A DNA stretch of 64,000 nucleotides, taken from a virus. Lineage: Duplodnaviria > Caudoviricetes. The stretch lies in the IMG/VR virus record IMGVR_UViG_2934748790_000001, positions 1 through 64,000 of that record. The stretch is one strand, 5' to 3'. Below are positions 37,984 to 46,624 of this stretch, piece after piece. How positions within the stretch are numbered: the first letter of the stretch is position 1; each line of letters begins with the position of its first letter. Under the pieces are notes generated by a model. It did no database searches. It saw only the letters and a program-made list of their open reading frames with translations, and was not told the DNA's origin. A program made the translations under genes and the position numbers.

Positions 37984-38385
37984 ATGCACACCCAACAGCA
38001 TGCAAGTACAGACGCAGTGCGGGAGAGAACGTTCCCTTGCACTCCCGACCAGGTCAGAGCAGCTCGTCGATGGGCAGCCGCAGTTTACTCCGAGGCCGGA
38101 GCCGACTCGGACATGTCGGAGGCATGCTGCCTGCTGGTCAGCGAGGTGGCCACCAACTCGGTTTTACATGCCGGCGGCGACTCGTTTCGCGTTCGGATTC
38201 ACCGTGCGGATCTGCGAGTTGAGGTGTGGGACAGCTCCCGCCGGATGCCTCAGCGCCGTGTGACCGGCGCAGATTCGGAGAGCGGCCGGGGGCTGGAGCT
38301 GCTGGATCTTCTCGCTCCGGGTTTCGCCGTGGTGTGTGAAGAGGGCGGCAAGAGCGTCTGCTTCCGGCCAAAGGTCAGCTTCTAG
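37984..38385 (+). CDS. HATPase_c anti-sigma-factor-like ATP-binding protein
   Basis: LLVSEVATNSVLH, VEVWD, ESGRGL, GKSV. Confidence 0.9.
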   Translation: MHTQQHASTDAVRERTFPCTPDQVRAARRWAAAVYSEAGADSDMSEACCLLVSEVATNSVLHAGGDSFRVRIHRADLRVEVWDSSRRMPQRRVTGADSESGRGLELLDLLAPGFAVVCEEGGKSVCFRPKVSF

Positions 38386-38408
38386 CGCGGGGAAGGGAGG
38401 GGCTGGCG

Positions 38409-38756
38409 ATGGATGCGAGGCCGCGTCTCGTTCTGATCAGCGAAGCCGAGCTGGAGGGAGATCCGCACGCGGATCAGCCGTTCCGGCTGGAGTTGGACGG
38501 TTGGTGGGAGGGCTCGCCCGGGGATGGGTACAGCTCGACGCGCTTATGCGTTCGCTTCGACTCCGCCGACCTCACTGCCCTTCTGGCGCAGGGTCGCTCG
38601 TCACAGCTTGCGCTCGTGAGCCGGATCGGTCGTACCGGCGTGGACCCCCGGTCGTTCGCGGTGCTGAAGGAGCAGGCGATCATCGCCGCCCGTCAGGCGC
38701 CCCGCCCGGATGTTGAACTGCTCAACCGGGTCCTCGTGAAGCTGCACGACATCTAG
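38409..38756 (+). CDS. Hypothetical protein
   Basis: GGAGG RBS, followed by hairpin. Confidence 0.65.
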   Translation: MDARPRLVLISEAELEGDPHADQPFRLELDGWWEGSPGDGYSSTRLCVRFDSADLTALLAQGRSSQLALVSRIGRTGVDPRSFAVLKEQAIIAARQAPRPDVELLNRVLVKLHDI

Positions 38757-39331
38757 ACCACGGCCTGGCCTGCCCCTCGCGGAGGGCCAGGCCGTGACAG
38801 ACACCCGCCCGTGAACCCGGGCGGGTGGGCGCCATGGGCCCCCTGTACCCAGGCGTCCGATCCGGTCGGCACCGACTGTTCCTCCTCGGTGCCGGCCGGG
38901 TGCACTGAGTTTCTGCCTCGACCCCCTATATGCGGGGGCGGTCAAGAGGCAGAAAAGGGCGCCCGCCCACGCCTAGGAAGCGGGCGCCCACCCCGAGCAG
39001 GTTTACCGGATTCGATATTGGCAGGTGGTTCATAGAGGTCGCCTAATACGTCACGTGCGTTACCTGGGTCGTCCTGCGTTCTTGCTCCCTACACAGGACA
39101 GGCCCGGGTTTCAGTTTGCCTTTTTCCGGGCTGCTTTTCGACGCATCCCGGCCTTTTCCATGCCCGCCACACAAATGCAAGATTTGGCATATTCCTTTTC
39201 TAAGAATCTTGGCTTCACCGGTTTCCGGACCCCAGGGATATAGGTAACTTCTCTCTCGGCAGGACGTCGATGGAAAGTGACGGCGACGTTCAGCCGTAGG
39301 TAAATCCATTCCTGACAGAAGGGGGAACCTC

Positions 39332-39496
39332 ATGGTTCCGACGATCGAGACCCAGGCCGTGGACCGTTCCGTGCTGGCCGGCGCTCTGGACAGCGTCCGG
39401 AACGACAGCGACGCGCAGAAGGCGGCCGTCGTGGGCAACGTGGAGGCGGCGCTGTCCGACTCCAACTCCTGCATGATGGGCGGCTGGACCTCCTGA
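39332..39496 (+). CDS. Putative 54-aa RiPP precursor peptide (missed by ORF track)
   Basis: GAAGGGGG RBS; MVPTIETQAVDRSVLAGALDSVRNDSDAQKAAVVGNVEAALSDSNSCMMGGWTS; directly upstream of HExxH enzyme. Confidence 0.75.
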   Translation: MVPTIETQAVDRSVLAGALDSVRNDSDAQKAAVVGNVEAALSDSNSCMMGGWTS

Positions 39497-39601
39497 CCGC
39501 GTCACCCCTGACGCGCTGAAGCGCTGATGCCCTAGTGCGCCCGGAGCCGGGTTTCCCGCTCCGGGCGCATCCAGTAGCACCCACTACTTCGAGGAGTTTC
39601 C

Positions 39602-40516
39602 ATGCACTGCCTGAACAACGGCCACCTGGCCGCGTCTCTCGCCCGCCAGGCCCGCGCCCTGGGCGGCACGGTCCCGGACGTCGACTCCCTGCCGGGGGCG
39701 TACCGGGAGATGGCCGCCGGCCTGCGCCCGGTGGGCCTCGGCATCCAGGGCGAGGGCATCACCATCAGCTACGAGGACGGTGACTGGGCTCGCTACTGCC
39801 GGCAGGAGGGCATCTTCGAGCACATCTTCGCCGGGGCCAGCCCGACGGACGGCCCCACACGCCAGGCATGGGATGAGAAGGTCAGGGACGCGCTCCAGCT
39901 CATCGAGGACATCCACCCCGGCCTGCGGTACATGGTGGACCTTCTCGTCACCGACCTGGTCATCCTCGACTCGGGCGCGGACGGCGGCGGCAGCGCCTCG
40001 CACATGCCTGGTGTCGTGGTCATGAGCCCCCGGAAGGCAGGTCCCACGGTCGATGTGGCCACGCGCGAGGAGGGTACGCAGAGCGCGTGGGAGGTGCTCG
40101 ACTATGCGATGTGCCTGGTGCATGAGGCGCTGCATCTGGCCCTTTTTGTGCTGGACATGGTCCACGGCACGTTCACCAGGACGTCCGCCGAGCTGGAGGG
40201 CGACGAGTACCGCGCCCTGTCGGCGGTCAAGATCGGGCAGATGAGGCCGCTGGACAAGGCGTTCCACGCGGCGGTTGTCACGGTGCCCTTGATGTACATG
40301 GAGCACCGCGTCGGCAGGACGGCACTGGTCGATCTCTACACGCAGTCGCTGGGCGACGCGTGCGTGTCGCTTCAGGAGCGGCGCGAGTTCTTCACGCCGT
40401 ATGGGCAGATGCTGCTCGACGAGCTGTGCCGCTTCGGCGAGACGATCGACTTCGGTCTCGTCGAGGACAGCATCTCCAATCCGGCCATGGCGCGCTACGC
40501 GCCTGTGGCGGTCTGA
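39602..40516 (+). CDS. alphaKG-HExxH-type peptide-modifying enzyme
   Basis: GSAS..PGVV, LVHEALH, and S-x6-RPL..AFHA motifs. Confidence 0.8.
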   Translation: MHCLNNGHLAASLARQARALGGTVPDVDSLPGAYREMAAGLRPVGLGIQGEGITISYEDGDWARYCRQEGIFEHIFAGASPTDGPTRQAWDEKVRDALQLIEDIHPGLRYMVDLLVTDLVILDSGADGGGSASHMPGVVVMSPRKAGPTVDVATREEGTQSAWEVLDYAMCLVHEALHLALFVLDMVHGTFTRTSAELEGDEYRALSAVKIGQMRPLDKAFHAAVVTVPLMYMEHRVGRTALVDLYTQSLGDACVSLQERREFFTPYGQMLLDELCRFGETIDFGLVEDSISNPAMARYAPVAV

Positions 40517-40520
40517 GCGT

Positions 40521-41201
40521 TCACATCTCGATCAGGATTCCCGCATCGCGTGCGAGGCTCAGGGCCAGTTCGGTGGCTCCCGGGCCTCGCACGGTCGCTC
40601 CCTTGAGGCCGGCGGTCCCGCCGATGTCGAGCATGGTGCAGTTGGTGAACTCGGCTTTGGACATCTTGCAGTTGGCGAACTGCGCGCCGGTCAGGTTGCA
40701 GCCTTCGAAGGTCACGTGGGCGAGTTCGGCTCCTTGGAAGTCGGCCTGCTGGAGGTTCACGTCCTGGAAGACGACGCGGCGCAGCTTCGAGCCCCGGAAG
40801 TGGGCCATGTCTGCGCGTCCGCCCTCGACGGTGACGTCCGTGAAGTGGCTGGACTGCCAGTGCGATCCGGTGAGGCGGCTCATGGCGACCCTGCACTTGA
40901 GCAGGGAGACGTCCAGGGCGCGGAAGCCGGCGAAGTCGACGGTGTCGAATTCCGAGTCGCTGAGTACGGACTGGCGCAGTGACGCGTTGATGAAGCGGGC
41001 GTTGGAGAGTCGGGAGTTTTCCATTTCCAGGATCTCGGCTGCACCGGTCAGCAGCGTTCCATCGAAATGCACTGCCCGCAGCACGGCGTCGTCCGTGAAT
41101 TCCTCGGCCTCGGCCAGCCGGGGGTTGGTGTGCACCTTGGGCTTGGCTGGTTTTTGAACCGGGGGCTTGTACACGTCGCGCTGGCTGCCGACCGGTGTCA
41201 T
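40521..41201 (-). CDS. Pentapeptide-repeat protein
   Basis: Continuous A(D/N)(L/F)xx-type repeats. Confidence 0.9.
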   Translation of the reverse strand: MTPVGSQRDVYKPPVQKPAKPKVHTNPRLAEAEEFTDDAVLRAVHFDGTLLTGAAEILEMENSRLSNARFINASLRQSVLSDSEFDTVDFAGFRALDVSLLKCRVAMSRLTGSHWQSSHFTDVTVEGGRADMAHFRGSKLRRVVFQDVNLQQADFQGAELAHVTFEGCNLTGAQFANCKMSKAEFTNCTMLDIGGTAGLKGATVRGPGATELALSLARDAGILIEM

Positions 41202-41339
41202 TTCGCGTCTCCTTCGTCACGTTCGGAGGGCGCAGCTTAGCAGCGATGAGAGCAGCACAGATGTTCGCAACAGAAAGGCACCCGAAGCAGTTTCCGACTG
41301 CCGGGTGCCTTACCGGTTGCTGAATGCAGTGAAATGGTT

Positions 41340-41555
41340 CTACGCCATGCGTTCGCGTACGGCCTGAAGCACGGCGAGGGCCATGTCCCACTCCGCCAGG
41401 TCGTCCTCCGGGTGCTCGCCGGGATTCTCGGCGATGCGCCATCCGTAGGCCCAGACCGTGGCGCTGTACTCCCGAGCCGCCTGGGGGGACATCTTCGCGA
41501 TGCGGCGGCGGGCGTCGTTCAGGAGCTTGGTGTCGGCGGTCCGTCGGGTGAACAC
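41340..41555 (-). CDS. Small phage protein
   Basis: ORF track, operon context. Confidence 0.55.
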   Translation of the reverse strand: MFTRRTADTKLLNDARRRIAKMSPQAAREYSATVWAYGWRIAENPGEHPEDDLAEWDMALAVLQAVRERMA

Positions 41556-41839
41556 GAGGGGCGCTCCATCGAGTTGCGGCGGTAGTTGGGCAGAAGGTGG
41601 CCCTCTGAGCTGAGAACGGCTGCGGGGCGGGCGCTCAGGGCGTCGGCGAGGGCCTGGTGCTCGTCGTCGGCCTGGGACGTCCAGCGGCCGACGACGATGC
41701 CGAGGGTGCCGATGCGGTAGACGGTCGCGGGCTCGGCCCTGCGGTAGGGCGGGGCGGTCTCCTGGTAGTAGGTGCGGTAGCGCCAGGGCCAGGTCCGCTG
41801 GCAGCGGGTGGTGGTGACCAGGGGCATCGGATCAATCAC
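41519..41839 (-). CDS. Phage hypothetical protein
   Basis: GTGA coupling. Confidence 0.55.
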   Translation of the reverse strand: MIDPMPLVTTTRCQRTWPWRYRTYYQETAPPYRRAEPATVYRIGTLGIVVGRWTSQADDEHQALADALSARPAAVLSSEGHLLPNYRRNSMERPSCSPDGPPTPSS

Positions 41840-42234
41840 CAGGCCGCGCGGGTGTAGGGCTTGCCGTTGAAGACTTGGTTGATCATCCGCCCGGGGCTGC
41901 CGGCTGCGCGGAATCTGTTCCACTCGCGGCGGGTCACGCCGTAATACTCGTAGCCGACGCCGTCCTGGTAGATACCAGGGGCGACCTTTTCGCCACGGAA
42001 TCTCACGAACATGGTCTTCGACTTGTAGTCGTAGCCGGCCGCCACGGTTCGGGGCCTGGGCGGGTTGCTGGTGTTGGTCGGGCGCTCGGTGAGTAGCGTC
42101 TGGTCGTCGCCGAGGTGGAAGGCCCGCAGAAGGGCTGCTGTCTTGCGGGGGCCCAGGTCTTCGCGTGATTGCAGGATGTATTCGCGGATCTCTTCGGGCG
42201 TGTAGCCACCGCCCGGCGGCATTCCTCGGGGCAT
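41836..42234 (-). CDS. KTSC-domain protein
   Basis: GYD....MFVRF..YEY.GV....W..F..A.SPG..IN. Confidence 0.75.
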   Translation of the reverse strand: MPRGMPPGGGYTPEEIREYILQSREDLGPRKTAALLRAFHLGDDQTLLTERPTNTSNPPRPRTVAAGYDYKSKTMFVRFRGEKVAPGIYQDGVGYEYYGVTRREWNRFRAAGSPGRMINQVFNGKPYTRAAW

Positions 42235-42308
42235 CGAAAACCCTCCCGTTCCAGTCGGTTCTCCGACCGTAGAAGGGGAGGGTTTTCTGGCAATATTCCT
42301 ACTACGCC

Positions 42309-42689
42309 CTACGGTAGGACTCGGACCAGGAGTTCAGTGGCAGATACGGGGTCGATCCGGAGATCGCTGGTGCACTCGATACGGAGGGCATGATCGTCAG
42401 TGACCTGGACATCGAAGGAGTCCGGGTATGCCGCCCTGCGGCCGGGGACACGAAATTCAATCCCTACGTTGCGGCCCAGGGGACGCCCTTCATCGTCGGG
42501 GTCATCGCCAGCGGTGTCACAAAGAAAGGTATTGCTGTCGGCGGGGCCACCGTTGACTTGGGCCCGAAGTTCCTCGACCTCTCTCCGGAGCCGAAGCACC
42601 TCGCGGTTCAGATTGGTGACACCGTTTTGCACCCAAGCGGGCTGCTTGGGAAGCCTTGGGTCGTCGAAGGGCAGAGAGGTGTGGGTCAC
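42309..42689 (-). CDS. Phage hypothetical protein with coiled coil
   Basis: GTGA coupling to recombinase. Confidence 0.65.
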   Translation of the reverse strand: MTHTSLPFDDPRLPKQPAWVQNGVTNLNREVLRLRREVEELRAQVNGGPADSNTFLCDTAGDDPDDEGRPLGRNVGIEFRVPGRRAAYPDSFDVQVTDDHALRIECTSDLRIDPVSATELLVRVLP

Positions 42690-43711
42690 GGCGCCTGTGT
42701 CTTCCAGTTGATGCCGATGGGGTTGCGGTGGTGGCCGGCAGGGAGTCGAGAAGCGTGCCGGTAGATCATAGTGGTGCTGAAGTCTTTGTGTCCGTAGTAG
42801 GTCATGACGCGGTCGTAGCTGGGCTTGTCGGGGTCGACCAGCGCGAGCGTGATGGTGGTTGCGCGGCCGTCGTGGGGACCGATGGTAAAGCCGCATGCTC
42901 GTCCGGCTTCCTGGACCATGCGGTAGATGCCGGATGCGTCGAGCCGGGTGTGTTCGAGTTGCCCGGTCTCTTTGTTCCGTGTGCGGCGCCCGGTGGACAT
43001 GATGAGAGGGCCTGCGGTTCGGCCGTCGAGGAATTCGTCTGTCAGTTCGGCGAGGCGGTGGGGGATGTCGATGTCTACCCAGGCACCGCCCTTGCGTTTG
43101 AACCGGAGCATGCGACCTCGGGGGACCTGGTAGAAGTTCTCCGCGCTGACGTTCTCGATTTCCTCGCACCGTAGTCCGGGTCCGAAGGCGTAGCCGTTGG
43201 CGATCTGAGAACGGATCGACCTTTTTCGGGCAGCCGTCAGGACGTCGTTGATTTCCCAGGGGAGCAGCACGGAGCGTTGCTTCCGGGTGCGCGTTTCGAG
43301 CTTTACCGCCTTGATCGGGTTGGTGCCTCGGAGTTGGTGGACGATGGAGTAGGAGAAGGCGGAGCTGAGCGCGTCGTACTTTGCTTTGAGGCTGGGGGTT
43401 CCGTACGGCAAGCTCGCGCATTCCGTGGTGCAGTCGCCGGGGTGGTCGTCCCAGTGAGGGCTTTCGAGGTAGGTGAAATAGTCCTCGACTTCTTCGACGC
43501 CAGCTTGTTTGAGTGCGTCGATTCCTGCGTAGTCGCTGTATCGCTCCATCCAGCCGAGGAAGAGTTCGAAATATGGCAGGTACTTGCGGCGGGTCTCGGG
43601 GCTCGTGAGCTGGTTGCCCCATCGGCGGATGAACGTCTCCAGGTCCATCTCGGTGTTGCGGGCGCGGCGGGTGCGGTCGGCCCATGCGGGCGGTGCGGTG
43701 CTGGCGGGCAT
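42686..43711 (-). CDS. Tyrosine recombinase (XerC/integrase family)
   Basis: GLRCEE, KGG, HDGR, GH..STT.IY catalytic residues; TAGGGT-6nt-ATG. Confidence 0.92.
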   Translation of the reverse strand: MPASTAPPAWADRTRRARNTEMDLETFIRRWGNQLTSPETRRKYLPYFELFLGWMERYSDYAGIDALKQAGVEEVEDYFTYLESPHWDDHPGDCTTECASLPYGTPSLKAKYDALSSAFSYSIVHQLRGTNPIKAVKLETRTRKQRSVLLPWEINDVLTAARKRSIRSQIANGYAFGPGLRCEEIENVSAENFYQVPRGRMLRFKRKGGAWVDIDIPHRLAELTDEFLDGRTAGPLIMSTGRRTRNKETGQLEHTRLDASGIYRMVQEAGRACGFTIGPHDGRATTITLALVDPDKPSYDRVMTYYGHKDFSTTMIYRHASRLPAGHHRNPIGINWKTQAP

Positions 43712-43815
43712 AGGCGCACCCTAGCGAGACAACGCATAGGTAGTCATGGGCTTCCATGCATTGACGGCAGGAGCGCGATTATTTGACCTTATTTGTCCGG
43801 CTTTAGCTTCGCCGG

Positions 43816-45366
43816 ATGGGGACCCCACTTGATGCTACGGAGCGCGAGCTGACCCTTGGCATGCCCGAGGAGCCGGAGCCGACCGATGCTGCCGACGGAG
43901 ACCAGGCCGTCATCGAGGACATCATCGACAAGATCATCTTGGTCATCGACGAACTGTCCGGTCACCCCCTGCGCCCGTACCAGCTCCCCCTGGCCCGTCG
44001 CATTCTGGAGTCACTCATCATCGAGGACTCCGCCAAGATCACCGCGCTGTGGAGCCGGCAGTCCGGAAAATCCGAGACCGTCGCCGACACTGTGGCCGGC
44101 GCGGCAATCATGCTCCCCCGGCTCGCCAAGGTGTTTCCCACACTTCTGGGGAAGTTCAAAGAGGGTCTGTGGGTCGGTGTTTTCGCCCCGACCGACGAGA
44201 TGTCCGAGACTCTCTTTTCCCGCATCGTTGGCCGGCTCACATCCGAGCGCGCCCAGGACATCATGGCGGACCCGGAGATCGACGAGAAGTTGGTGGCCCG
44301 GGGAAAGGTTCTCCACCTCAAGCGCTGCGGGAGCCTCATTCGAAAGCAGACGGCACATCCGAAGGCCATGATCGAGGGGCAGACCTACCACCTGGTCGTG
44401 ATCGACGAGGCGCAGGCTGCCGACGACAAGGTACTCAACAAGAGCATCACGCCGATGCTGGCTTCCACCGCTGGGACGATCTGTCTGACAGGCACCCCCA
44501 CGTACACGAAGTCGGGTTTCTACGAACAGATACAGAAGAATAAGAGAGAATCCACTCGCAAGGGCAGAAAGAGCAACCACTTCCAGGTCGACTGGAAGGA
44601 AGTCTCCAAAAGTGTTCCGCGCTACAAGAAGTTCGTGCAGAGCGAGATGGACCGCCTCGGCGAGGACAGCGACGAATTCAAACTGTCTTACCGGCTGATT
44701 TGGCTGCTCGACAAGGGCATGCTCTGCACCTCCGACCGTTTCGATTCGCTCGGCGACGTCTCCATGCGTGCAGTGCAGGAGTGGCACCGCTCCCCCGTGA
44801 TCGTCGGAATCGACCCCGCCCGGAAAACGGACTCCACGATCGTCACTGTCTGCTGGGTGAACTGGGATTACCCCGACGAGTACGGAAACTACGAGCACCG
44901 CGTGCTCAACTGGTTGGATCTCCAGGGCCTGGACTGGGAGACGCAGTATTACCGCATCGTCGAATTCCTCTCCCATTACAACGTTTTCGCTATCGGCATC
45001 GACGCCGGCGGCCTCGGCGACGTGGTGGCCAGCAGGCTGCGAGTGCTCATGCCCTACTCCCAGATGATCGACCTGAAAAGCGACCGCACGAATCAGACCA
45101 AGCGTTGGGCCCACATGATGGACCTCATGTCCAAGGGCCTCGTGATCTGGCCGGCGCACGCCAAGACGCGGTCCACAAAGACCTGGCGGAGATTCAGGCA
45201 GCAGATGGAAGACGCTGAGCTGACCTACCAGGGCCCCCACATCATCGTCGCGGCGCCCGAGGTGGATGCCGCGCACGACGACTACGTGGACTCCCTGGCC
45301 AACGCCCTCTTTCTCACCGCAGAAATGAGCATGCCCGAGGTCGAGATGCAGAATGCACCCTGGTAG
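43816..45366 (+). CDS. terL: Terminase large subunit
   Basis: RQSGKS Walker A, VIDEAQ Walker B, GTP, GIDP and DDYVDS nuclease motifs. Confidence 0.95.
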   Translation: MGTPLDATERELTLGMPEEPEPTDAADGDQAVIEDIIDKIILVIDELSGHPLRPYQLPLARRILESLIIEDSAKITALWSRQSGKSETVADTVAGAAIMLPRLAKVFPTLLGKFKEGLWVGVFAPTDEMSETLFSRIVGRLTSERAQDIMADPEIDEKLVARGKVLHLKRCGSLIRKQTAHPKAMIEGQTYHLVVIDEAQAADDKVLNKSITPMLASTAGTICLTGTPTYTKSGFYEQIQKNKRESTRKGRKSNHFQVDWKEVSKSVPRYKKFVQSEMDRLGEDSDEFKLSYRLIWLLDKGMLCTSDRFDSLGDVSMRAVQEWHRSPVIVGIDPARKTDSTIVTVCWVNWDYPDEYGNYEHRVLNWLDLQGLDWETQYYRIVEFLSHYNVFAIGIDAGGLGDVVASRLRVLMPYSQMIDLKSDRTNQTKRWAHMMDLMSKGLVIWPAHAKTRSTKTWRRFRQQMEDAELTYQGPHIIVAAPEVDAAHDDYVDSLANALFLTAEMSMPEVEMQNAPW

Positions 45367-45435
45367 CCATTACCGGTAGCAAAAAGCCCCGACCTAGCGT
45401 CCTGGTGAGACGTCTCAAAAAATGGGAGGCACACC

Positions 45436-45831
45436 ATGGCGCAGAGCCCCCTCGCCCCTGACCCGAATTTCCACGAGTCCGCTGACCGCCACTACGAGCG
45501 GAAGACCGCCAGCAACCCTGCTCGGCGCGGCCCCCTGCGTTTCCAGGAAGGCATCGCCTCCGACAGTGACGTGCCCGCCGAGTTCAGCGAGGGCGTCATG
45601 CAGGGCTACCGCACGCCGCCTGGCCGCTCGAACCACAACGTCAACGTGTTCACGAAGTCCGCCGAGGAAACCACGCGGGAGCGGGCGCACGTGGGGAGCG
45701 CAAGCTGGCCGGAGGCCCCCACCTTCATCTCGGCCATGGCCGAGGGGGCGAGCGAGCGTGAGCTGAGCTACTCCAGCGTCGACCGGGGCGAGCGCCCCCA
45801 CATCCGCCGGAACTACGCCCGGGTGGACTGA
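45436..45831 (+). CDS. Phage hypothetical protein (head module)
   Basis: GGAGG RBS. Confidence 0.75.
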   Translation: MAQSPLAPDPNFHESADRHYERKTASNPARRGPLRFQEGIASDSDVPAEFSEGVMQGYRTPPGRSNHNVNVFTKSAEETTRERAHVGSASWPEAPTFISAMAEGASERELSYSSVDRGERPHIRRNYARVD

Positions 45832-45832
45832 C

Positions 45833-46543
45833 GTGACCCAGCCCGGACAGTCGACCCCGTGGGCGAAGTTCCCCATCCCCTCGTCAGGGAAGGTGCCGGA
45901 CGTCCCGGTCGACCTGGCGGCGGTCGTCGACCCGATCGACACGCTCCTCAAGAACGTGATCGGCGGGGCGACGGCCCCTACGGGCCCGCTCAGTCCCACC
46001 ATCACCGAGGCGTCCGCCAGTATCGGGTCTCTCAATGCCACTCAGAGCAGCCAGCAGACGGACATCGCCCAGATCAAGGACCAGATCGCCAGGCTTTCGG
46101 CGGTGCCGTGGGCGTCGGCGACAGCTCGCACCACGACGCTGAGTATCACCGGCACCACCCGTACGCCCACCCAGGTCCACTCGATGACCATTCCGTCCGC
46201 CCCGCAGCGGCGCCTGCTCATGGTGCACACGACGATGAGTGTGGGGTGGACGGATAACGCCACCACCACTCAGGCGCGAGCCCGTCTCCAGCTCCGGGCG
46301 GACGGCTCGGCCACCTACGTCGACCGCAACATCAGCATCACCAGCGGGGTGGACCAGACGGCGACCTTGAGCTTCGTCGAGACCGTCGAAGCGGGAAAGA
46401 GCCCCTCGGTGCGCCTGACCTTGGAGGTCTATGGCCAGTCCGCCTCTTCGTCTCGCATCCTCGCGACGCAGCCGCCGGACCCTCGCATCTATGCCGTTGC
46501 GCTCCCCTGGAGTGGCCTGACCGTGCCGTACCTGCCCGTGTAG
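45833..46543 (+). CDS. Putative virion protein, beta-rich C-terminus
   Basis: ORF in structural operon. Confidence 0.7.
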   Translation: MTQPGQSTPWAKFPIPSSGKVPDVPVDLAAVVDPIDTLLKNVIGGATAPTGPLSPTITEASASIGSLNATQSSQQTDIAQIKDQIARLSAVPWASATARTTTLSITGTTRTPTQVHSMTIPSAPQRRLLMVHTTMSVGWTDNATTTQARARLQLRADGSATYVDRNISITSGVDQTATLSFVETVEAGKSPSVRLTLEVYGQSASSSRILATQPPDPRIYAVALPWSGLTVPYLPV

Positions 46544-46624
46544 CGGCGGAGCTTACGTCAAGTACAGACCAGCATTCGTTTCATATTCATCATCGCTGGC
46601 GGAGTTGAAAGGAGGTGATGTCCT

